The notes below the pieces were generated by a model that worked only from the letters and a program-made list of their open reading frames with translations, was not told where the DNA came from and ran no database searches. The position numbers were made by a program, and so were the translations under genes. Shown here piece after piece: positions 50,562 to 63,469 of a DNA stretch of 64,000 nucleotides. The DNA comes from Oopsacas minuta (Eukaryota > Animalia > Porifera), in the NCBI GenBank assembly GCA_024704765.1, contig JAKMXF010000055.1, positions 885,264 through 949,263 of the forward strand, in the 5' to 3' direction. The stretch's first letter is position 1; each line of letters begins with the position of its first letter.

Positions 50562-52833
50562 CACAGGCCAACAAAAAACATTTTTGTTTCTGTTGCCTAA
50601 GATTTTAGGTTGAATTTAGACTATATTTGTTGTACTGAGTACGAAAATTACATAGGATTTGCTCGATTGCCCCTTGAATTTGGCCCACATTTATGTTTAT
50701 GTTGTTAGTCACCTTTTTCAAATGTATATTCAATTTAATCAATACTTTCATAATTATAAGTATCTAGTATATTCTAACTCTATTGCATCGTCAAGATGAA
50801 AATGTTCCAATGATCCTAATAGGTTCTGTTACATATGTGGTGAATATACGTTGAAAATTCAAAGAAGAAGTATGTCTGACTTCGTGCGAAAGGCAAACTT
50901 TGCTTACTTTCAGGTGAAGCTTGGAGACCAAGACAAGCTATGGATTCCGCATATTGTGTGTAAAACATGTAATGAATATCTAAGGCTGTGGACTAATAGC
51001 AAGAGGAAGAGCTTTAAGTTTGGCGTGACTATGGTATGGAGAGAACAGAGGAATCATTATGATAATTGCTATTTTTGTATGGTCGATATGAAAGGATTTA
51101 ATCGACATAAGAAAAGAATGGGGAGTTATCCTGACTCGGATTCTGATAGGTGTCCTGTGCTTCACTCTGAGGAGATTCCTCTGCCAAAATTTAGTCAGGT
51201 ATCACCTTTCAATAGATAGTGATGGAATAGATGAAGATTTGGCACAACATGTCATTTCAATGAAAGTGAATTCGAGGATAGCTCTTCATTATCTGGTCAA
51301 TTCAATCAGAAGGAACTCAATGATCAAATTAGGGACCTCATCTGTCTAAAGAGTGTACAGAAATTTTGGCATCCAGGCTAAACGAGAAGAAGGATTAATT
51401 CATGACTTTAGCCAACAAGAAGACCTCGTCTTCTACAATGTCATTGGAGGACTTCTCCCGGAAATGGGAGTACCACAGTATAGACCAGAAGATTGGAGTC
51501 TATTCAATGATAGTTCCAAGAGAAGCTTGAAATGCGTTTTATTGCATAATGGAAATAAATATGCATCTGTTTCAATTGTACATTCAACAAAGCTTAAGGA
51601 GGAGTATGAAAATATTAAAATGCTATTGCAAAAATTGAAATATCATGAACACCAATGGTTGATATGTGTTGATCTCAAGATGGCAAACTTACTACTTGGC
51701 CAACAAAGTGGATACACTAAGTACCCTTGTTTTGTATGTTTATGCGACAGCAGAGCCCGCAAAGATCATTAGGCAAATAAAGTAAGGCCCTTGAGAACTG
51801 ATCTAACAGTTGGAGAAGCAAACATTCTGTATGAACCATTGGTTCCCTGAGAAATATCCTTCTTCCTCCCCTCCAGATCAAGTTGGGTTTAATGAAGCAG
51901 TTCGTAAAATATCTGGATAAAGACGGCACCCTGTTTCAAGTACATTTGCAGATCATTCCCAGGAATTAGCAAGGAAAAACTGAAAGCAGGGATCTTTGAT
52001 GGTCTTCAGATTTGCAGTCGCATAAGAAACACTGGTTTCGTCCAATCCATGACTAATTTAGAGTCTTCTGCATGGTGTGCATTTGTTTTGGCAGTCAATA
52101 ACTCTTGGGTAATAATAAAGCTAACAACTACATAGATTTAGTCAATGACATGATTTACAGATTCAAAGACTTAGATGTTAACATGAGCATCAGGGTTCAC
52201 TATCTATTTAGCCACCTGGATCGTTTCTCAGAAAACTTTGGGGATTTAAGTGAGGAACAGGGGGAAGGTTTCATCAGGACATCAAGGTCATTGAAGAGAG
52301 AAGTCTAGGCAGGTGGGATAGCCACATGATGGCAGATCACTGTTGGAGCCTCCAGCGAGAGTGCCCTCTGACATCCCATAACATAAATCAAATGAGAGAC
52401 GGCATTTAGATGTTCTTCAAAAACAAGTTCAGAATTCTTTTTGATGGTATTACTTTTAACCAATTAATTGTTTTGGCAATGATAAATGCATTTCATACGC
52501 AGTAGCTATAATGATAAAATTATACTTCCCAAATTTTCGGTTTTGCTGTTAATAGTTACATTCAAAAACTACAGATTTCAATAATTCAAACTTTACACTT
52601 GGAAGCATAGAAAGTTGAATGTCACCGCTGAAACACCATGTCACTTTTAATGTTAAGAAATTTATGTGTAGTATACCTTCACTATTTTTATACTTATTAC
52701 GTCAAATTTAACTTTAGGTATGGCAAAAAGTAGAGCGAATTCGGATAAGCCGATACCATTTTCAGATTCCTCGGCTCAATATACCTAGAAAAGGTTCTAA
52801 CATCTTAGGCAACAAATAGCTTGTTGACCAGTG
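50562..52833 (+). mobile_element. Chapaev3-like element 2, 2,272 bp, both ends present, 3-bp TSD TAA; transposase pseudogene about 50782-52410
   Basis: Ends CACAGGCCAACAA..TGTTGCCTAAGAT and (rc) CACTGGTCAACAA..TGTTGCCTAAGAT. TAA at 50559-61 and 52834-36. Motifs FCYICGEY, DQDKLWIPHIVCKTC, WREQRNHYDNCYFC, SSKRSLKCVLLHNGN, SEEQGE. Confidence 0.9.
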
Positions 52834-52859
52834 TAATCTATAAACATATTCAATGGATT

Positions 52860-53400
52860 AGATTGAGTTGCAAAACGGGCAGTAAAGGTTCACAGGTGAT
52901 GCTGTTACGAACTAATAAATAGCATCCACAGTCGCCTCTACCATCGTTACACTTTTGCTGAAAAACAACCTTCACCATGTACCAGGCTATATTTTTAGGT
53001 ATTTGAAATAACCCTTCGGTACTTGGGATAGGCTTTATTCTACCAGCTTTGGGAAACTTTTCGTCAATCCCATCCTTCATGCATGTTGATTTCTTGTTGA
53101 GGGCTCCGCATAGTCAATGAATCAATAGTCGTTTATGATTTAAATAGCTGGGGATCTTCTTCAGGGTCAAGCAACGCGGTATTGCATTAATCTTATCATA
53201 GTTTATTTATTCTATGCCAGTTCAATATGCGCATGTATGAGCACGTGATTCCGCCATTCGACAGTGATATACAGAAAATATTTCCTTTTGTTAGAAGATC
53301 AACAAGCTTGATAACTTTCTGTCGGACCACGCAAACAAATATATCCCTCGGGTCATGCGACCAATAATGAATCAGTAATATCTGGCCAAAGTGAGTTACA
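52860..53400 (-). pseudogene. Possible Mutator-like (SWIM) transposase relic
   Basis: DCGCYLLVRNSITCEPLLPVL resembles a SWIM finger. Weak AES and W-x-DR remnants lie upstream. No termini identified. Confidence 0.3.
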
Positions 53401-55384
53401 AGTGAATGTTATGAGAAAATCTGATCTGCCATAATCCGGAAATAAGTCATAGCATCCTGAGGTCTTTCGTGTAAGTAGCTCGGGGCTTTAATGAAAGATT
53501 GAAGGTAGAATAACTAAGTGCCAAATATGTTTGCATTTCAATCACCAGCTACATCATCTCTTAGATTGATGTATCGCCCACAAGTAGCTTCTTCTGATGT
53601 AGCCGGATAAATGTGAGCCATTCAGTTTCTAACGTGACAAGTTTACAACAAATTGGTCAGTCGTGCCAAAAATGATGATGAACATCACGACCCAGAAGAG
53701 ATGCCGTTGGGGGAGTTAAACTGAATATTATAGATTCATAACACGATTTCAAAAATATTATACTTTGCAAATTCTCGATTTTCACAGTTTGTCTTTCAAA
53801 TATTCAAAATTTCAATTTTCAGTCTATTTCATAAACAATTTACTTTTGATAAATGAAGTGTATCACATCCAGTTAAACAGATGCAGATTTCCACAATTAT
53901 GAGACTCAACTTGTACCATAAGAATGATGGGGAGAAAATACCAGAAACTATGAGCGAATATAGGGGCTTTCATCTTGTAGATATATACTTCATCCAGTTA
54001 CCTTGTTTTAGTCGTAACATTTACTATTTCGATCAAATGATATTAATTAATATAATTTACTTCAGAATAATTATTAAATTTACTTTAATTGGAGCAGTTG
54101 TAGCCAAATATTACCAAAGGTTGATACTACGTCAAACAAATGAGGCTGTAGATCCAGTTTTGGGATAAATTAATTATTATAAATTCGCAACATTTGTTTA
54201 AAACACACGACTTAGTACAAGTCTCAACACGAATAAATTCCTAAAAATGTATTATATCACGAATAGTTTATTAGATTACTTATATTTGTATATTCAGAGA
54301 TGTGATATTGGAGAAAGATCGATAAATAGTATTAGAGATGTAGCACTCGGTGTTATTCCGAAATTTTCTCAAACAATAGAAAATAGAGCAAATCATAGAT
54401 TCAAAATGGATGAACTTTTACAAATTCATAATGTTAACACGCATATAATAAATTTCACTATAAGATTTTACCACAAATTTTCTGTTTGATAATTGAATCT
54501 TGAAAATGGAATCCCAAATGTTCCATGTGCACCCCTCCCACCACTACCCAAGAACTAGCCTTCATGTACCGCATTATTCTAATCAATTAGATGTGTAGGT
54601 ATATAATAGACCTTGAGAAAAACCATCCAACCTGTAGCAACCTACCATACTGAAATTCAACTACAGCAATTTGTCCAGTAATTTTGTCAGGCAACTGAGA
54701 ATAAAAGAATGATTGCACTACTGAATTCAGCTTAATTCATGAGGAATCCTAAATAATTTTCACAATCGTCCCATCTAAGCTTGATCTATTGTATGGTTAC
54801 AAATTCAATGAGTACAGACTGCGCAGGAATTGCTGAAATGTCTCAAAGTAAGAAACATCAATATCTGATGCGACTTTGCCAATAATTGTATAAATAATAT
54901 TGTTAAATATATTCTTTTGGGAAAATATTTCGATAACTTTGAATTGCATAGTATAGATAACTGAAGTGACAGATATGCATTTCCGATCGGTAATAGAATG
55001 AAAAATTATCTGGAATCAAATACTTCCATTTCTAGGCAACTTTGGAAATATAAATTGAGAAGGAAAGGTCATGGATGGTACTCTATTATCAAAACGCAAT
55101 AGCTGTGTTTTAGGTTTATCACAGTGCAAAGGATAGCTAATTGGATCATCAAAAATAAAAGATGATATTAGGATCCTAATGATGTGAATAAATCAAACTG
55201 ATGTCTTAATATATATCCATATGTTTACAACAATTAGGATGAATAATTGAACTTGTTTCATGAAAACCGTCCAAACATCATAAAATGCGTGGAAACAAAT
55301 TAGCAACAATGGTGAGTATATGCTTCTAAGAAACAGAAATCAAATAATGTAGTAAACAAAGAACTTAAATGGGTTGAGAATTTA

Positions 55385-56714
55385 CTAAGGCGTTCAATAA
55401 GTCTTGCGGGTGATATCATAGAATATGATACAAACACTATACACATTAATTCACTATATTATTTATTCAAAGTAGTCCCCTCCTGCAGATTCACAAAGTT
55501 TTAACCTTTCCACCCACTTGTAAGCACATTTCTGTACTCTTCTTCGGGGATGGATTTGGAGTACAAGTACAGGACCGTTCCGAATGCTTGCAATGTGTTA
55601 AATTCTTTGCCTTGAAGGTAGATTTTAAACCTGGGGAATAGCCAAATATCACACGGAGCTAGGTCTCATGAGTATGGTGGATGAGGAAGTAATTCTAACC
55701 CTTCTACATCCAAGAATTTTTGGTAAGCTTAGCTGTATGGGAACTGGCGTTATCAATTAAAATCTTCATTCCTCGAGTTCCGGTTTTCGGGCGATACTTT
55801 TCTATATTTTTTATCAAATTTGGAAGCACTTGCTCTGTGAAGAAAGTAGCAGTAACAGCCTTGCCACTTTCACAAGATAATTGCAAGACAATTCTATGAC
55901 TACTGAAGAAGATGGTATACATAATCTTAGGTTTCTGAAGTCGGGTCTAGGAATTTTCACCGGTTGTTCGTCGCCCCTCACCCATGATCGCTTCTTATAC
56001 TTGCATATGGTGTTGAATAGTAGACCGACGTCTCGTCACCAGTAATAATCTCTGTTAGGTGTCTAGAATCGCAGTTCTCACAAGTTTCAAGAGTTTCTTG
56101 GCAATATTCAGCCGCGCCAACCTTTGATTCTCACTGAGTTTATGCGGGACCCATTTCCCACAAATCGATCGGTAGCCAAGCTCAGTTGTCATAATTGTAC
56201 GAATTGCTCCCGATGAAATCCCCATACTTTGTTCCAGCTGATTGACAATAATGCACTTGTCTTCCATGACCATACTTTTAATGAGTGCGATATTTTCTGA
56301 AGTGGTGGCGGATATCGGTTTTCCAGATCGAGGCAAATCTATGACAACAGCATTACCAGATCTAAAACGGACAGCCCATCGCTCTACGGTAGATCTGGAT
56401 GGGCAATCCACGCATAATATCTCCTGTAACTCGCTGAAGATCTGTACGGACTGGATCTTGAGTATTGTGCGAAACTCCATGTAAGCTCACCATTTGAGGT
56501 TGAAATTATCATCCTTCGAAGCCATAAATTCAACAGTGGGTATAAATTGATTACACGTAACTATCTCAAAAATTCATAATTTGTATTGAATAAGCTTGAA
56601 ACTTTCAGCATATGGAGTTTAACTATATGGGCTTATAATATATGAAAGTTAGATATATTACTTGACAAATTCCTAAGATATATCATGATCCGCAAGACTT
56701 ATTGAACGCTCTGA
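55385..56714 (-). mobile_element. mariner (DD34D) copy 3, full length 1,330 bp; defective
   Basis: TA-flanked TIRs (ctaaggcgttcaataagtcttgcgg at 55385 and its counterpart ending at 56714). ORFs 56055-56480 and 55704-55922; WVPHKL, DNASSH, SPD motifs. Confidence 0.95.
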
Positions 56715-57699
56715 TACCATAGCAAAAGGTTAGTATTACTTTTCTAAACCACGAGGTTGAATTTTTAAAATATCTGGAGAAAAATTAATACTATAAGATG
56801 TGATGCATTTCAAAATATGGTATGATAAACCATTTTAAGGTTACAGTCATGTGGTTGTGGTGCATTTAAGGATCCCATGATGAAATACATATATCGTGTG
56901 AAAGTTTATATAGTATACTTGTGATAAATATTGGTTTTAAATATTAAAATCGAGTTGCATAATACCGTATAAGGTATAATACGTTATAAGTGATCTACCT
57001 GTACGTATGCTATATCTATGTTAATCTCAAAATAGGAGAGTTTGACATTTTGGACTTGTATAAATCACATTATTATCAAGAATTATATAATTTGGTCAAA
57101 TAAGCAGAGAATTCTCATTAACAATTCGAGAACTTCTGTTTTCATGCAAAATATATATTACAGAAATCAGCCTAATAGAAGTTAAGTCACCAAAACTGCG
57201 GATTGAACACATAACACGTATTATATGGAATATGTCTTCATCAAAAGACGTACTAATCAACTTAGTTAAAAACTAATCGTGTGGTTCAAACAAATAGTGC
57301 GAGCTAATGAAAATGGGAATAATAGTATTCATAACGGGTATTTCATCCGGATGTGTTCAGTGTAGTGTAACCTATTGGTAGTATTGAGATACTATTGCTT
57401 CAATACCAGTAACCAAATAAGAATTCAGAAGGGGATGATAGAAGATGAAGATAATTTAATGAAAATAGCAATTATTAGACAAAAAAGTAACTGAATAAGG
57501 TACACAATGGAAACCCTCAGGTTTTGTTACATTTTCCTCCCGTCATACTTTGGGACAAATTGAATGTAATAAAAGTAGAAAATGTGCATATTCGTACTTG
57601 GAAGTGATACACTACATTTATCATAAAGTCAATTGATAACGAAATATAATCAAAATTGAAAATTTGAAAATTCGAAAGACAAATTGAGGGAGAGGGTGA

Positions 57700-58090
57700 A
57701 AATCGAGATTATGTATGGTGATTAATACTTTTGAATTAGGATTAGGAATCTACATCGTTCAGAGGAACTGATCGCATATGTAATACTTCAGGGTCACGAT
57801 GTTCATAAATCAGCAGCAGTTTGGAAGACTGGGTGGTGAAAATTTATCAAGAAGTTAGAACATTCGCTACACTAGGGGTAAATGTGATTTAAAATTAAAA
57901 CTTCTATCACGTATACTGGCTGCGAAATATTTTGAAACTCCAAGAAGGTGACAATGACATCGTAATTAGGTCATAGGTGTGAATTTTCGTGATGACTCGA
58001 AATTCTCCGAGCAACGCAGGGTATATCCCTGTATGCCATGATCTGCCCTGGAGTCTTCCAATTTTCATCAATCAATTCCAAACTTACATC
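57700..58090 (-). repeat. Dispersed repeat family, reverse-orientation fragment; boundaries approximate
   Basis: The reverse complement carries ttggaagactccagggcag and atgacc..tcattgtcacc blocks found in copies A-C. Confidence 0.5.
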
Positions 58091-58482
58091 CATATACAAC
58101 AGATTAATTGGGGTAGAATAAAATAAGTAAAAAGTCAATATGCCAACTTGACAACAATTAGAATTTGCTGAATTAACCAGTGTGAAACTAAAAGTTACAA
58201 GAGTTGGGCATCATCCAAATTAAACAAATAGAAGAAAATAATATAAAATATTAAGTTTTTGTCTAAACGTGGTCACTGTAACAAGAGAAAATGCGGACTA
58301 GAGTGCTTATCGGAAATGAGCTCGCATAGAAGGAGGAACTATCCCAATATTTGGTTATATTGGATTCTCCGGGAATGTACGACACAAGCATAAGAAGAAT
58401 CAGTAAAGTTAACCGCCAATTCACAACAATAATAAGCTAAGTTAGCACATAGCCGAACTAGAATAATTCAATATGATCTTAC

Positions 58483-58557
58483 CGCAGGTTTGGCTGGATA
58501 ATAACATCAACAATAGTATTCATATAATTAAACCTTTGAGATTTTGAAAGAAAGAAC
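58483..58557 (-). CDS. HTT: Huntingtin exon (equivalent of human exon 2), 75 bp: FFLSKSQRFNYMNTIVDVIIQPNL(R)
   Basis: Acceptor ctccttAG and donor GTaaga; phase 2/2. CG|T joins to the 33981 exon as Arg. Ungapped match to recalled human [25 protein letters not shown]. Confidence 0.85.
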
Positions 58558-60209
58558 CTAAGGAGTAAATATTATAATACTCGCTGAATAATAACAATAG
58601 AAGAAGAAATACCCAAATATTCACCTAAATTCTTAAAGAAGTGGAAACAGTATGTAAAAAATCATAATAATACAAATAATAAATAGTTTTATCTGTGTAA
58701 TAACCACACGTAGAAACTTCCCGATGCGATTACAGAAAATAAAGAGCAATAAAATTCTACTAGCGTAAAAAAAGAAATACAATTAGAAAAGATGCTGGAA
58801 ACAGACAGAGAAAATGAGAAGAGAGGACAGTATATATATATATATATTCATAGATATATGGAATATTTGTGGCAGATTTAAGAGTATTCGGAGTGTGCGA
58901 CCGAAAAGCACTCAAAATATATTTTATACATAATACTTGCAATCAATATTGCTTTTAGACCATAAACCTATCGAACAATAATATTTCTGGCTTTAATGAT
59001 GATAAAAAATAAATATGTAATCATTTACCAATAGAAATTATTAATTGCTAAAAATTACTCCTAGCACAAAAAAATACTTCTAATTTCAACATGAATTACT
59101 AATTAGGACAAGAGTTTCATTTTTCATAATTTTGAGCTCAATATAGAAGGAAAAAGTTTAGATTTTGTACGGTGGAATTTTAAAATATTTCACAATAGAG
59201 TGGCAGATAGCAAGTTTGTTTCTGTTCCCAAACTATCAAGTGTCAAAGATGGGTCAATTTTAAATATAAGGTTCTCACACAAGTCGATTAGAAATCCCAG
59301 ACAATTCTTTATTTGTACTACTAGTTGCCATAAAATCCATTTGCGAGTTAATATTCAGTCACATACCTAAAAATGAGAAAAGAATACATTTTGCAGGATA
59401 GGAGATATGCATGTTGAAATTCGGTAGATGTGCTGTTCCTTAGAGCAATTACCAATTCCCATGTTATATCCATATTCAAACAGAATAGACAATTAAGTTA
59501 CGAATTATGAAACTTAAGGGAACCAAAATCGTATTCACAAGAAATGACTTCATTATAAGCGAACCCAACAAACCTTTTCAGGGATGTATCAACTCAATTT
59601 TAGTCGGCAAAATCAACTCCTCTCTTCTACACCCTGGCTCAACATAATACAAATACTATATGAGTCGTTTCTTGAACCGATAGGGTTCGTTCATTATTCA
59701 TTCTAAGCAGACATGACTGTAGTTCGATTACATTGGTCAACAATTTTAAATATTCTAAGTTTGAAAACAGATATTCTGAAATGGACTAACGACCATTATG
59801 ATTCGAGAATATCACTGGTTACTATCTATCAGGACTCGTTTTCTGGGAATAAATAATAAATATCGCGCATCGCATGTTTGGCCCAAAAGCTTAGTGTCTC
59901 AGGTTAGCTTAAGTATGAAACTGGATTTGGTCCATCCATCCAATATAATTAGATTCTGTGGGAATAATGCCGGTGTCACGTCGCACTGGATGTTTGAAAT
60001 TTGAATCACAGGTACTCGTCAATGTTCCAAATGTTCCGAAATGAAATGTTGGCTAAATGCTAACTCATGGGATTATTAAGTCATCATGACAATACAAAAA
60101 TCATTATTACTAGAAATTCGAACTTATGGAGAATTTAATAAAACTCGAACGACAAATTTCCCAGATCACTAACCAAAAAGCCAAGTATCACCTACAGTAT
60201 TACCGCAGA

Positions 60210-61100
60210 CGACCCTTAAATGGAATTTTGATGGAGCATGGAATAAATACTAAAATTCCAATATTATATTACCCGAATTCATACACTGGAGTATGAAGTT
60301 TCGAGTACATTCTTTTGCAGAGCGACCAAAAGTACTAAGAAAATTAGCTGTTAAATACTTAAGCTAACATGAAGCAGTAAGCCTTTGCCGTAGAGGCCTA
60401 GAAAGCGAAGCGCGGCTGTAATAATTTCACAAGGATTTTGCAATTGGTCTAAGTGATGAACAGAGGACATGTGGTGTATTATAGGATTCTGAAATTGAAA
60501 TTCAAACTTCGGTCAAGTACAATAGCAGTGGCAAATAATGTGATCTGACAATAAATACAAGGAATTAATTACGTCAAAAGCATGAATTTTGTTTCCAAGA
60601 CACGAAATTGCCCGTGCCAGCACCAATGTACATGTGTATAATAAAATCAGCACTGAGGTCTACCAGCTTCTTGAATCAATTTTGAACATACAAATAGATA
60701 ACACATACAAAGACAGATAAATCGCGCTTCAAAAGGCATCATTTAGCTTTGTGCCTGCTTCTCCTTAAGTATGAAATAGCCAAATATATCAATACTGTGG
60801 CTCGCCACGGAACGGGACAAACTCGGACTGTGGCTCGAGGTAAAAGATAGCGGAAATTTTCAATATTTTGTACAGTCATGATCAGGTAATAATCACATGA
60901 AGAGTTGGCCTTGGGCCAAATCATGAAGTCAGAAATTGTGGCATATTGAGGGTATCAGCGATTAGATTTTCAACCATCTAACATCAATATTGGAGAGTAG
61001 TGTCTGAAAATGTAAGTTTACAAAAATCAAAGAGGTGACAATTACGTCATAAATCTGTCATAGGTTGTAATTTTAGTCCAAGAATTGATGTTTTACAATA
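60210..61100. repeat. Two fragments of the dispersed repeat family (3' part on + at about 60210-60417; internal part on - at about 60860-61100)
   Basis: aaatggaattttgatggagcatgg...hairpin...gcgaagcgcgg on +, and ggtgacaattacgtcataaat plus ttggcc...tcatgaagtcagaaatt on -. Confidence 0.5.
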
Positions 61101-63469
61101 TGAATTTCCAACAATTCATACAATAGTAGAATTAATCTGCCGTCGTATTCACTAAGAAGTAAAGCTCTAAGTTCTAACCTAAGTCTTATTCCCAAAAAAA
61201 CTAAATTTGAACTCATGTACAAATTTTACTAGGATGATTGATAAAATATATATTATTAACAAGAATTGCTTGATATAGGAAAGTATCATTAAAAAGTTTC
61301 ACTTCGCAAAAAGACTCATCATAGACTCATATCAACATTACTGAATCTCAGTTCGCATAGGTGTCTGTCACGCTCCAATATAAAAAAATAGGTTCAATTT
61401 ATAAAGTCCAGAACCAAATATTAAACAACATTCAAGAAAATTATCAAATTCCCCTATAGAGGTAAATTTCAGTAGAATCAGGCAACTATTCCCCAAAGTA
61501 TCCCCATTCCCCACCTCCCCGAATAGAAATTCGTTTCTAAATAATTGGATAAAGGTAGACTAAAATTGCCCCGTTTATAGAAGTTCCACTGCATTTCGAA
61601 CATAGAAACATATATACAAGTGTGTGTATATACAAGTGCGTGTATATACACATAAATACTTACATATAAAGCTAAGCAATTCAGCAAAAAAAGGACAATG
61701 AATTAAGAATAATTGAAACAACAAATTATTCAAAAGAACTCACCAAATAATTACTTAACATTACACTACAAAATTGTTCATATATCTGCTTTATATAGAT
61801 GCCAACCTGGCGTCCAGCAAAGCCGTGAGATATGGGCTTCAAAACTATGAGTCGTTGGTTTTTCCCGTACACTGATATATTTAGGGTGGGTTTTACCTAA
61901 ACATATTTTGTCAATTATTTAGGGAAAGAGGTATATAAATCATAAATTATTAAGTAGAGAAATTAATAACAGCGAAATTATACTTTTTGACCTTAGAAAA
62001 GCTTGAGACTCACGGTTAAGGCATAAGATATGGCACCTCTACCTATTGCTAAGCAATATGCTGTCAGTAAGTTCCCAAAAAATTTCCAAATTTCATCATA
62101 TGTTATGATATTCAGGAAACTGAAAACCAATTTAGGTTTTAACAACAAAATGTCTTTCAAACGTTCCGAAATTTGATAAACATGTTGTTGAATAAATCAT
62201 TAATTCAAAGTCAGTCAATTTAGATATGCATAGACATATTGGGTACAGTGCGTACCCACGAATAGTTTCACTGATATTAGTTTGGGTTAAATAGTTGCAG
62301 TTATAATCTGGAATTTACCAAATTCCAAGGGAATGGTGTGTCAAAGGTTGGCAGGTATGCTAAGGCTTAAGGTAAATCTAAAGTGCAGCACCCTAAGATT
62401 GCCGCCTGAGGCGACTACAAATTAATCAATTGATTTATGAGAGATCATAGACAAGATTTTGATAAATGTTTTGGATGTATAAATGGCCAATGTAATTTCA
62501 TCTTCCGGACAAATTGCAAATATCTCGATAACCTTCAAGATTATTAATATTTAATTGAAAAATTAAGAAAAAATATGTGATCAAATTGTATATATATAGT
62601 TACTCAAGTACAGCCAACATTGTATACGAAATTATAATATATATTTCGTATTAGAGTATAATAGTTGAATTAATAGATCCACTTTGAGGTGAAATATGCA
62701 ATAAAGTAATTCACTGAATAAGTGCCCCTGGCGCAGATTCTTTTCGTGGACCCATTGTCGAATAATGCTGCATTGTTTCATGGAAATTTCAACATTCACT
62801 ATGGGACAATGCAAACTTTGTTCAATCATGTATAGTGGCCTGTGTGGCCAAACCTGTCTATGCAAGTTGAATCACAGCAGTATATCTCCGGGAAAACATC
62901 CATTGGTATTACCAGAGAACTTCAAACAGGCACTTTAGGTACTTCTGAAAGGAATCCAAGATCTCTATGAGATAAGATAAGTAAAGTAGTCTATGTTAAC
63001 AATCATCAGGCGAATATAGACAAATTGTATCATAAATGGCTGTGAAAAATGTGATAAATATCTAATCCGCTACTTTGAATTCATTAGCATCGACTTCAGT
63101 ACCTTTCGATTTATCTACTCAACGCATAATAGAGGCAAAATGGTATTTATTATCCATAGAGATCCATCGGGGCCCTGGTACATGCCGAAAATCGGTACTT
63201 TTTCAAGGCCTGCCCTGCCAAAGTTGATAACTCGGCCCTTAGCCAGCGGGATGCTTAATGAAATTATGCTAAGAGTGATTTCTAAAGCAAAACATTATAG
63301 GTTTAGAACAAAGAAATATAATGCGAGATACTAAATCGAAAATATAAACGTATCCCTAAAATCTATCCAAATCTTGCATATATCAAATCTTTACTATAAT
63401 CATCAATTTCCTCGCGGTATGATTAGGAAGAACTACAAGGAAGTGGTTGAAGCAATTTGGATGAGACAA

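Noticed and set aside
54651-54694. Possible HTT cassette exon (ag|LPDKITGQIAVVEF|gtatgg)
   Set aside because: Splice-like signals are good, but the phase required after the 58483 exon gives a TAG stop, and there is no similarity to HTT.
60720-60760. TKLNDAF-like peptide as HTT N17 (exon 1)
   Set aside because: In-frame stop, no start codon or suitable donor, and only chance-level similarity.
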